31,916 bases of DNA from Candidatus Omnitrophota bacterium (lineage in GTDB: Bacteria; Omnitrophota; Gorgyraeia; Gygaellales; Profunditerraquicolaceae). Below, piece after piece: positions 6,764 to 14,809 of the stretch. The stretch's first letter is position 1. Each line of letters starts with the position of its first letter. Position numbers and translations under genes: made by a program. Below the pieces are notes generated by a model. It made no database searches, was not told the DNA's origin, and saw only the letters and a list, made by a program, of their open reading frames with translations. The stretch spans positions 1 through 31,916 of the forward strand of contig JAPLLU010000032.1 in the NCBI GenBank assembly GCA_026387385.1, given 5' to 3'.

Positions 6764-8359
6764 ATGCGCGTAATTATATTTACCCTGCTCATTATGCTCA
6801 CACTTACCGTAACAGGAAACAAGGGTATAACCAAACAAGACAAACCTTATGGCGGAATCCTGGTTTGGGGCACGCGCAATAAGCCCACCATAATAAATCC
6901 TCTTTTTACTACCTCCAGCGTTTCTATGTCTTTGCTTGATTTGATATTTAACCGCTTGGTAAGAATAGGTTCAAAAGGCGAAATAGAGCCGGATTTGGCA
7001 GAATCTTGGGATATTTCTTCGGATGGCCTGGTTTATACCTTTTATTTAAGAAAAGGTGTCCGCTTTCATGATGGAGTAGAATGCACCGCAGACGATGTTA
7101 AATTTACTTATGAAAGTGTTATTAATCCAAAGAATAATTCGCCGTTTAATTCTCTCTTTGAATCGGTCAATGATTTTAAAGTAATTGACAAATATACCTT
7201 CCAGATAATCTTAAAGAAGCCATCATCACCGTTTATTTACAGGCTGGTAAGAGAAATAACCCCCAAACATATTCTTGAAGGGGCGGATTTAAGGAATTGT
7301 AATTTTAATTTTCATCCTATTGGCACGGGGCCATTCAGGTTTAAAGAATGGGGAAAGGACAACCAGATTATCTTAGAATATAATCCTGGTTATTATGAAG
7401 GAAGGCCTTATCTGGATAGGATTATTGTGAAAGTATATCCTGACTCCCGCGACCTCTGGACTGGTCTGATGCGCGGTGAAGTGGATTATGCCACATTTAT
7501 AGAGAGAGAGGATTATGAGGTGATTAGGGATGATCCGGCATTTAAAGCCTACGCCTTTCCCGTCGATATTTATTACGCTCTTTTTTATAATTTAGATGAC
7601 CCTTTATTAACTGATAAGAGGATTCGAGAGGCAATTGCTTATGGTATAGACAGAAAGGCATTGATAGAGAAGGTAGCTTATGGTTATGGTATGGAATGCG
7701 TAGGCCCTTTTTATCCTAAATCTTTAGGGTTTAATCCTGAGGTTTTACCTTTTGAATATAATCCGCAAAAATCACTTGAATTATTAAGAGAAGCAGGATG
7801 GAAGGATAAAGATAATGACGGAATCTTAGAGAAAAGGGGAGAAGAGTTAGAACTTAGGGTATTGGTTGACACAAGGAGCGAGATTTATCAAAGGATAATT
7901 ATGGCTATCAGGCAGCAACTGCAGCAGATTGGGATTAAGGTTAAGGTAATATTATATGATAATGAAGATATGCTTACCGAAGAATTCTTAAAAAATCTCA
8001 GAGTTCAAGCGCATCTAAAATTATTTATGGCTGGGCGTGCCGATGATATAGAAGAAGAATGGTATTCTAAGTACAAAAGAGGCGGTAAATTATGGGTTTA
8101 TGAAGATGAGGAAGTGAATAAGCTTTTTGAATTAGGAGAAATTAGTCAAGATAAGAAGAAAAGACAGGAAATATATCAAAAAATTAATCAGCTTATTTAT
8201 GAAAAACAGCCCGCCGCTTTTCTCTATTTTCCATTTGTTTTTCATGTTGTTTCTGCAAAACTCGCAAATACAAACGAATATTTTACCTTAAGCATGCCAA
8301 CTTATACGATGAAAGATTGGTATATGAGAGATAAAATAGAAAGCAAGTATTTTAAATGA
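6764..8359 (+). CDS. ABC-transporter substrate-binding protein, family 5 (peptide/nickel, Opp/Dpp-like); orphan, no cognate permeases nearby
   Basis: A signal peptide plus the family-5 signature region LAESWDISSDGLVYTFYLRKGVRFHDGVECTADDVKFTYESV, at 531 aa. No Opp/Dpp BCDF genes are in the window. Confidence 0.85.
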   Translation: MRVIIFTLLIMLTLTVTGNKGITKQDKPYGGILVWGTRNKPTIINPLFTTSSVSMSLLDLIFNRLVRIGSKGEIEPDLAESWDISSDGLVYTFYLRKGVRFHDGVECTADDVKFTYESVINPKNNSPFNSLFESVNDFKVIDKYTFQIILKKPSSPFIYRLVREITPKHILEGADLRNCNFNFHPIGTGPFRFKEWGKDNQIILEYNPGYYEGRPYLDRIIVKVYPDSRDLWTGLMRGEVDYATFIEREDYEVIRDDPAFKAYAFPVDIYYALFYNLDDPLLTDKRIREAIAYGIDRKALIEKVAYGYGMECVGPFYPKSLGFNPEVLPFEYNPQKSLELLREAGWKDKDNDGILEKRGEELELRVLVDTRSEIYQRIIMAIRQQLQQIGIKVKVILYDNEDMLTEEFLKNLRVQAHLKLFMAGRADDIEEEWYSKYKRGGKLWVYEDEEVNKLFELGEISQDKKKRQEIYQKINQLIYEKQPAAFLYFPFVFHVVSAKLANTNEYFTLSMPTYTMKDWYMRDKIESKYFK

Positions 8360-8372
8360 AAGGAGGTGAAAA

Positions 8373-8468
8373 ATGGAAGTGATTAGAAAAGGTTCAGACA
8401 ATGTGTCTAAGGTAGGTCCGCTTGGCTGTTGTTATCCGCCAGGAACCGAGAATCTTCGTGTAAGATAA
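8373..8468 (+). CDS. Unannotated 31-aa ORF MEVIRKGSDNVSKVGPLGCCYPPGTENLRVR; candidate RiPP precursor peptide
   Basis: Perfect SD AGGAGGTG 5 nt before the ATG, 13 nt after the SBP stop and about 100 nt before the rSAM/SPASM gene. It has a Cys-Cys-Tyr-Pro-Pro-Gly core. It is too short for the supplied ORF track. Confidence 0.55.
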   Translation: MEVIRKGSDNVSKVGPLGCCYPPGTENLRVR

Positions 8469-8484
8469 CAAAGTTAGCAAATGT

Positions 8485-8530
8485 TCCTTGCAGTAAAGCC
8501 CTGGGCGGCCGACCAGGGTTACTACAAGGA
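8485..8530 (+). promoter_or_regulatory. Long hairpin (attenuator/processing element) between the precursor ORF and the maturase
   Basis: TCCTTGCAGTAAAGCCCTGG-GCGGCCGA-CCAGGGTTACTACAAGGA forms a stem of about 19 bp with one G/A mismatch. It is not followed by a U-run, so it is not a full terminator. Confidence 0.6.
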
Positions 8531-8570
8531 AATTAGTTAGACAGCTCTAAAAGATTATTTTAAGGAGTAA

Positions 8571-9935
8571 ATGAAGATGAAATTATCCAGATTTAATCTA
8601 TGCGTAGAGAATTATCCTGAGCAGGGAGAGAATTTATTATTTAATACCCGCACCCAGGCCTTGATAAAGATAAATCCGGAATTAAAAGGCCTTCTGGATA
8701 GTCTAGAGAAACTAAAGGTAGAAGATTTAGGCTTGATAACAAGAGGGCATCTCGCTGCTTTAAAAGAAAACGGAATCATCGTAGAGGATGAAAATGAGGA
8801 AGAAGCCAAATTAAAGGACTTCTTCCGGCAGCTAAAATATGATTCCTCTTTTTTGCCTTTTGAGGTTACTATTCTTACTACCTATGCCTGCAATTTCCGC
8901 TGTGTCTATTGTTTTGAGGAGTCGGTCAAAGAAGATGTTTTTTTAGACAAGGAGACCAGTGATTTAATCATTAAGTGGTTAATCCAGAGGGCTGAGGAGA
9001 AAAAATTTAAACGCATCTTTTTAGTCTATTATGGCGGAGAGCCCCTCTTAAACATCAGGCCTATTTACGACATCTCCTGGCATATAAGAGAATGGGCGCA
9101 AAAAAAAGGAGTTGAGTTTGGCTTTGGGATTATTACTAACGGCAGCCTTATAAATCCCGACTTAATTGATAAATTTACTACCGTAGGCCTAAAAGATATT
9201 CGCATCACTATCGATGGAGATAGAAGCGAACATAATAAGAAGAGGCCTTTTTGTGACGGACGGCCAACCTTTGACCTGATTATCGATAATATCAAAAGCA
9301 TAATCGATAAGGTTAAGGTAGGGGTGGTGGGTAATTTTGACCGGGAGAATGTTGCAAGTATCCCCGGGTTCCTTGATTATTTAGAGAAAGAGGGGCTTCT
9401 TTATAGATTAGACCGTATTGATTTTGCTCCGCTATCCCCGCGCCTGGGCCCAAGGAGCAATCCCGGGGCAATTGAGCTGGCAGAGTGTTTATCCTTTGTG
9501 AGTAAAGACGGATTATTTAACGAAGTGCTGGCTGTTAAGAGAGAGTTAATGAGGCGGGGGATTAAGATTAGGACGGGTTTAGCCATTAACGCCTGCTCTT
9601 TGATTATGCAGGACGCAGCAGTGACTATTGACCCGGAAGGGTTAATCTATAAATGTAATTCTCTTGTAGGATATTCAGAGTTTTCCCTTGGTAATGTGCA
9701 GAGCGATGAATTTGAAGAGAAATCCAGGGAGTTTTTAAATATTGATGCCTGGGATAAATGCCCAATGGATTGCCCTTATATCCCTATGTGCCAGGGCGGA
9801 TGCCGTTTTTATTCCTATTTGGAAAATAATAATTTTTCTGATTTGTCCTGCAAGAGAGAGTATTTTGACCGCATTACCCCGGAGTTAATTAAGCTGGAAT
9901 ATCATAAACTACTCAGCGAAAAGAGTAGCTCCTAA
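8571..9935 (+). CDS. Radical SAM enzyme with a C-terminal SPASM domain (peptide-modifying maturase class)
   Basis: CxxxCxxC cluster in ACNFRCVYC, a C-terminal SPASM Cys cluster CPMDCPYIPMCQGGCRF plus an upstream CNSLVGY, and an N-terminal LFNTRTQALIKINPELKGLL stretch typical of peptide-maturase rSAM N-termini. Confidence 0.85.
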   Translation: MKMKLSRFNLCVENYPEQGENLLFNTRTQALIKINPELKGLLDSLEKLKVEDLGLITRGHLAALKENGIIVEDENEEEAKLKDFFRQLKYDSSFLPFEVTILTTYACNFRCVYCFEESVKEDVFLDKETSDLIIKWLIQRAEEKKFKRIFLVYYGGEPLLNIRPIYDISWHIREWAQKKGVEFGFGIITNGSLINPDLIDKFTTVGLKDIRITIDGDRSEHNKKRPFCDGRPTFDLIIDNIKSIIDKVKVGVVGNFDRENVASIPGFLDYLEKEGLLYRLDRIDFAPLSPRLGPRSNPGAIELAECLSFVSKDGLFNEVLAVKRELMRRGIKIRTGLAINACSLIMQDAAVTIDPEGLIYKCNSLVGYSEFSLGNVQSDEFEEKSREFLNIDAWDKCPMDCPYIPMCQGGCRFYSYLENNNFSDLSCKREYFDRITPELIKLEYHKLLSEKSSS

Positions 9936-9960
9936 GCTCATAAACTAATAAGCGCAAAGG

Positions 9961-11757
9961 ATGAGCAATTTAAAAGAGTTTTTAGCGCTTTTAAGGCCTT
10001 ACAAGAAACAAGTCTTCTTTACAATTTTAGCCATTCTTATAGCTAATCTGTTAGGCCTGGCTTTTCCTTGGGTTATTAAGATAGTTATTGATGAGATATT
10101 ACCTAAGAAGAATATATTTTTGCTTAATACCCTGGCAATAGCCCTAATACTTGTTTTTATTCTAAAATTTTATTTTGGGTATCTACGCGAGTATTTAATT
10201 TCTCTTATCGGAGAAAATGTAGTCTGCGATTTACGTAATAAACTCTATTGGCACCTGCAGAGATTATCGGTTAGATATATTGAGAATAATCCGACAGGAA
10301 AGATTATTTCAGGGGTTATCGGAGACGTAGAGAGCATTAGAAACTTCTTATTTGGGGGAGTGGTTGATTTTATCTATTCATTTTTTAACGTTTTTTTTGT
10401 CCTGGTTATTTTATTTATTTTAGACTGGAGGTTAACTTTAATTTCCCTTCTTTATCTACCTGCATTCGGCCTGGCCTTCTTTAAATTTACTCCGCGCCTA
10501 AAAAAGAAACACGAATTTATAAGAAACAAATACGCTGAGTTGACCTCAAGGTTAAATGAGGTATTTAACGGGATTCGCATAGTCAGCGGATTTGCCAAGG
10601 AGGAATATGAAGCAAATGAATTCAATTTCAAACAGAAAGAAATATTTAAAGCTTCTATGGGGAGCCATAAATTAGGAATTTTATTATGGATGTCATCCGA
10701 ATTTGTCAGTTCCCTGGGATTAGTTACGCTTATCTGGTTGGGAGCAAAGGCGGTTTTCTCCGGCCGAATATCCACAGGGACATTAATGGCTTTCTATTCC
10801 TATCTGGGCATGCTATTTTTTCCAATAATTAAGATGGTGATTATCAATAATTACTATCAGGAGGCAGCTGCCTCTTTAGAGCGCATTAATAAGGTATTAA
10901 CTGAAGAACCAAAGATAAAAGAGGCGAAACACGCGATTTCGCTCGACAGTATAAAAGGGAATATAAAGTTCGAAGATGTTAGTTTCGGTTATGATAATAA
11001 CAAGGAGGTTTTATCTGAAATTAACCTTGAGGTAAAAGAATCAGAGGTAGTAGCTTTAGTGGGTAAGAGTGGCGCAGGAAAGACTACCTTGTTAAATTTA
11101 CTTTTAAGGTTTTATGATACGACAAAAGGAGATATCTTTATCGATGGTTATAATCTGAAAGGCTTGGAATTAAAATCCTACCGCTCCAAGATCGCTATGG
11201 TTCTTCAGGACGATTACTTGTTTAGCGGAACAGTTAAAGAAAATATAATTTATGGCAAGTTAGGGGCTTCCAAAGATGATATAATAAAGGTGGCAAGATT
11301 AGCCAACGCTCATCAGTTTATTATGGAGTTGCCCGATGGTTACGATACGCAGATTGGTGAGCGAGGGATTAAATTATCTTACGGTCAGAGACAGAGGATT
11401 TCTATCGCCAGAGCCATATTACGAGACCCGGCAATTTTAATTTTAGATGAAGCTACCTCTTCTGTGGATTCAGAGACCGAACGTTTAATCATTGAACAGG
11501 CTTTTGAGAAATTAATGAGTGGCCGCACTACCCTTATGGTTGCGCATAGGCTTTCTACAATAACCCATGCCGATAAGATTGTTTTTATTGAAGGCGGAAA
11601 GATAGCTGAGACGGGAGGGCACTTTCAGCTGCTGGATAGAAAAGGAAGTTATTGGAAAATGTGGCTTGAGCAGGTTCGGGCTACAAACTGCAAATTGCAA
11701 TCTAGAAGTTATACACTCGAAAGCAAAGATTTTAAAACAGGGAGCTTAAATATCTAA
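9961..11757 (+). CDS. ABC exporter, fused permease-ATPase (type I exporter, MsbA-like); no N-terminal C39 peptidase domain
   Basis: Six N-terminal TM helices, Walker A GKSGAGKTT, signature LSYGQRQR, Walker B ILILDEATS and an H-loop AHRL. Confidence 0.9.
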   Translation: MSNLKEFLALLRPYKKQVFFTILAILIANLLGLAFPWVIKIVIDEILPKKNIFLLNTLAIALILVFILKFYFGYLREYLISLIGENVVCDLRNKLYWHLQRLSVRYIENNPTGKIISGVIGDVESIRNFLFGGVVDFIYSFFNVFFVLVILFILDWRLTLISLLYLPAFGLAFFKFTPRLKKKHEFIRNKYAELTSRLNEVFNGIRIVSGFAKEEYEANEFNFKQKEIFKASMGSHKLGILLWMSSEFVSSLGLVTLIWLGAKAVFSGRISTGTLMAFYSYLGMLFFPIIKMVIINNYYQEAAASLERINKVLTEEPKIKEAKHAISLDSIKGNIKFEDVSFGYDNNKEVLSEINLEVKESEVVALVGKSGAGKTTLLNLLLRFYDTTKGDIFIDGYNLKGLELKSYRSKIAMVLQDDYLFSGTVKENIIYGKLGASKDDIIKVARLANAHQFIMELPDGYDTQIGERGIKLSYGQRQRISIARAILRDPAILILDEATSSVDSETERLIIEQAFEKLMSGRTTLMVAHRLSTITHADKIVFIEGGKIAETGGHFQLLDRKGSYWKMWLEQVRATNCKLQSRSYTLESKDFKTGSLNI

Positions 11758-11769
11758 CAGCAAGATAAT

Positions 11770-13548
11770 ATGAGACGCCAAAAGAGGCTAATAAAACGCT
11801 TTTTATTAAATTTCTTCTACCGTAAGTTGTGGGTAAGGATTGCGATTATATTACTTACGATAGTTACTATACCGGTAGTGCTTTTAGGAGTTTTACTGAT
11901 TAATACCTCTCAGAAAGCAGTGAGAAGCTCGGTATTAAATAACCATAAGCAGATTGTAATCAGGACAGCGGAGGAGATAGGATTATTTGTAAAAAAACCC
12001 CAGGATATCTTAAATATTACTGCGGCAATGCTGGGGATAGTTTATCCTGCGCCCTGGAAGCAAGAGACAGTGCTGGTAGAATTAGTCCTCAATCAGCCTA
12101 TTTTTATGCGTGCCGCTACTGTAGATTTATCAGGCGAAGAAATAGCTAGTTCTGAGTTAGGAAAGGCATTTGTTTGGGACATTCCCAAAGAGGCCTTAGA
12201 AGAAATAGAGGGAGGGAAAGTTTATATTTCTGAAGTCAAGATTTTAGATAACCATACCCCTTTTGTAACTATGGCTGTTCCGATTAATAAGATGGGCAGG
12301 AGGGTCGCAACGCTGATTGCCGAAGTTAATTTAAGAGGCATGTGGGATATCATAGATAACATCAGAATAGGTAATACGGGCAGGGCTTTCTTGGTGTCTA
12401 AGGGGGGAGTTTTAATAGCCCACCAGGACAAAAAGAGGGTGTTAAAGAATGAGAATATGATGGAGCAAAAAGAAGTCCAGTTGGTTTTAGCCGGTAAAAC
12501 CGATGCAGTGGAATTAGAGGATAAATTAGAAGGCAAGCTGATTAGCTCCTATGCCCCTATTCCTGGTTTAGACTGGGGGGTTGTCTTAAGGCAACAGCAG
12601 GATGAGGCCTATTTATTTTCTAAGGTAATGAAGATCCAATCCTGGATAATTATCATTTTTAGTGAACTAGTTGTTGTTTTAGTGAGCATTTTTATGTCCA
12701 AGGTCTTTGCCCGGCCAATTAAAACCCTGGCTTCCCGGATCAAAAGAGTAGCCGCAGGAGATTTAGACCATAAAATCAAAATAAAGATGCGCGATGATAT
12801 TGGAGAATTAATCAGGTCCTTTAACGATATGACCAAGAAGTTGAAGAAGGCCAGGCTTAACGAACGACTCTCGGCAATAGGAGAGGCAGTGGCGTGGATA
12901 ACGCATGAACTCAAGAATTCTTTAATATCTATAAAATCTTTCGTTCAATTATTTCCCCAAAGACATAAAGACGAAAAATTTGTGCATAAATTCGCTAAAT
13001 TAATACCGCAGGAGATTGAACGCCTGGAAGGCATGTTTAAAGAATTGTCTGATTTTTCTTCTCATTCAGAGCTAAAGTTAGCTAGAGTAAACGTGAAGGA
13101 AATAATAGACGGCGTTTTAGAAATAATGAAAGAGGGCTTGATAGAAAAGAAAATCAATATTAGCTACAATACTCAGAATGATAATTATTATATTCAAGCT
13201 GACCCAGAGAGGCTCAGAAGGGTTTTTATGAATTTGATAATTAATTCAGTAAATGCAATGCCAAACGGAGGCTTGCTTACAGTCTCCATAGGCTTAGGAG
13301 GCAATAAATATTCAGAGATCCCTGAATGCCTGGAAGTAAAAGTAACCGATACAGGCATAGGCATGTCTAGAGAAGCGCTGGATAAGATATTCGAACCCTT
13401 CCATACTACTAAGGACGGAGGCATGGGCTTAGGGCTTACCATAGGCCGCAAAATTATCGAACAGCACGGCGGGAATATTTATGCAGAAAGTGAAATAAAT
13501 AAAGGGACGACCTTTGTCGTAAGATTACCAGCAGGCATACTGAAATAG
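11770..13548 (+). CDS. Sensor histidine kinase (TM - about 245-aa periplasmic Cache-like domain - TM - HAMP - HisKA - HATPase_c)
   Basis: Two TM segments flank a large extracytoplasmic domain. The HAMP is at about 313-365, the H-box is ITHELKNSLISIKSF, the N-box is NLIINSVNAM, and DTGIGM and GLGLTIGRKIIEQHGG follow. Confidence 0.85.
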   Translation: MRRQKRLIKRFLLNFFYRKLWVRIAIILLTIVTIPVVLLGVLLINTSQKAVRSSVLNNHKQIVIRTAEEIGLFVKKPQDILNITAAMLGIVYPAPWKQETVLVELVLNQPIFMRAATVDLSGEEIASSELGKAFVWDIPKEALEEIEGGKVYISEVKILDNHTPFVTMAVPINKMGRRVATLIAEVNLRGMWDIIDNIRIGNTGRAFLVSKGGVLIAHQDKKRVLKNENMMEQKEVQLVLAGKTDAVELEDKLEGKLISSYAPIPGLDWGVVLRQQQDEAYLFSKVMKIQSWIIIIFSELVVVLVSIFMSKVFARPIKTLASRIKRVAAGDLDHKIKIKMRDDIGELIRSFNDMTKKLKKARLNERLSAIGEAVAWITHELKNSLISIKSFVQLFPQRHKDEKFVHKFAKLIPQEIERLEGMFKELSDFSSHSELKLARVNVKEIIDGVLEIMKEGLIEKKINISYNTQNDNYYIQADPERLRRVFMNLIINSVNAMPNGGLLTVSIGLGGNKYSEIPECLEVKVTDTGIGMSREALDKIFEPFHTTKDGGMGLGLTIGRKIIEQHGGNIYAESEINKGTTFVVRLPAGILK

Positions 13549-13566
13549 TGCTCAAAAGGGAGTAAT

Positions 13567-14214
13567 ATGCCGATAAAAATTATCTTAGCCGATGACCATA
13601 ATATGGTTCGCCAAGCCATAAGTGCCCTGCTTGAACAGGATACAGTGATAGAAGTTGTTGGCGAAGCAGCGGACGGTCAGGCAACGTTAGAGTTGGTCCG
13701 CAACAGTAGGCCTGATGTGGTCATCATGGATATTGCGATGCCGGATTTGAACGGAATTGAGACTACGCGTAGGATAATCAAGGAGTTTCCTGATGTAAAA
13801 GTGATTGCCTTATCAGTCCATTCTGAAAAGAAATTTGTTTTTCAGATGTTCAAAGCCGGAGCATCCGGCTATCTGCTCAAAGACTGTATTTTTGAAGAGC
13901 TACTTTCTGCTATTCAAGTTGTTATAAAAAACCAAATATATATATCACCTAAAATATCAAGTTCTGTAGTTAGGGACTATTTAGGCCAATCTGTAAAGAA
14001 TGATTTTAACGCATTTTCTGTCTTGACCAATAGGGAACGCGAAGTCTTGCAGCTTCTTACTGAAGGAAAAACCGCAAAGCAAATTGCTTCTATCTTGAAA
14101 ATAAGCGTAAAGACAATCGAGACGCACCGTAAACAAATCATGGATAAATTGAACATCCGCAGCATAGCCGAACTCACCAAATACGCTGTCCGCGAAGGGT
14201 TAACTTCTTTATAA
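13567..14214 (+). CDS. Response regulator, NarL/LuxR family (REC + LuxR-type HTH)
   Basis: ILADDHNMVRQ, DIAMPDLNG and a C-terminal REREVLQLLTEGKTAKQIASILKISVKTIETHRKQIMDKLN. It lies 18 nt after the HK. Confidence 0.9.
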   Translation: MPIKIILADDHNMVRQAISALLEQDTVIEVVGEAADGQATLELVRNSRPDVVIMDIAMPDLNGIETTRRIIKEFPDVKVIALSVHSEKKFVFQMFKAGASGYLLKDCIFEELLSAIQVVIKNQIYISPKISSSVVRDYLGQSVKNDFNAFSVLTNREREVLQLLTEGKTAKQIASILKISVKTIETHRKQIMDKLNIRSIAELTKYAVREGLTSL

Positions 14215-14447
14215 TCTAGCGCATTAGAAGTACCAGCCAAAGATAACCACAGTTTGAGTCTATTTTTATCAAAGTAATCTAAGGTATTTCGAACCTCAAA
14301 ATCAGGAATTCCCCGATTGCAAAGTTTTAGAAAGTAATTAAAATTATAATACCACTATAAGAGTAGCGGTAATTTTTCAATTTCAAAAATATATAAAATA
14401 GTTTATAGAAAACCTTTTACATATTTAATTTTTATCAGGGAAACTAA

Positions 14448-14747
14448 ATGGCTAATTTTAATGATGGATTATTTGGATCATTTACAGTTGCCAATAAAAT
14501 AGGGACATCTTTGGAAAGGTTACGTTATTGGGAGAATCTGGGCATACTGAAGCCAAATTATGTTCAGTGCGGTACGAGGCAATTTAAAAGATATTCCCAA
14601 GAAGATATTAATAAAGCCATATTAGTCAAGAAGTTGGTTGATGAGGAAAAATATTCTCTTGGGGGAGCGATTATGAAACTAAAGGAAAAGCTGCAGTCAA
14701 CAGAGAAAAGCCAAGACGAAGAAAAGAATTTCATACTTAAAGAATGA
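14448..14747 (+). CDS. Small MerR-family HTH protein
   Basis: FTVANKIGTSLERLRYWENLGILKP...GTRQFKRYSQEDI matches the MerR N-terminal winged helix, followed by a short coiled-coil tail. Confidence 0.6.
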   Translation: MANFNDGLFGSFTVANKIGTSLERLRYWENLGILKPNYVQCGTRQFKRYSQEDINKAILVKKLVDEEKYSLGGAIMKLKEKLQSTEKSQDEEKNFILKE

Positions 14748-14809
14748 GTTAAAGGAAGTATAAAGAAAAAAACTTAAACTACAATTTATAATTTCTGTTT
14801 TGATAGGTC

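Noticed and set aside
12222-12914. Minus-strand ORFs of 100-130 aa embedded in the HK, ABC, SBP and other large genes (for example 12222-12536, 12609-12914, 10452-10775, 16090-16455, 17311-17960, 30034-30429)
   Set aside because: All are antisense to long ORFs with clear domain signatures, and their products are low-complexity with no motifs.
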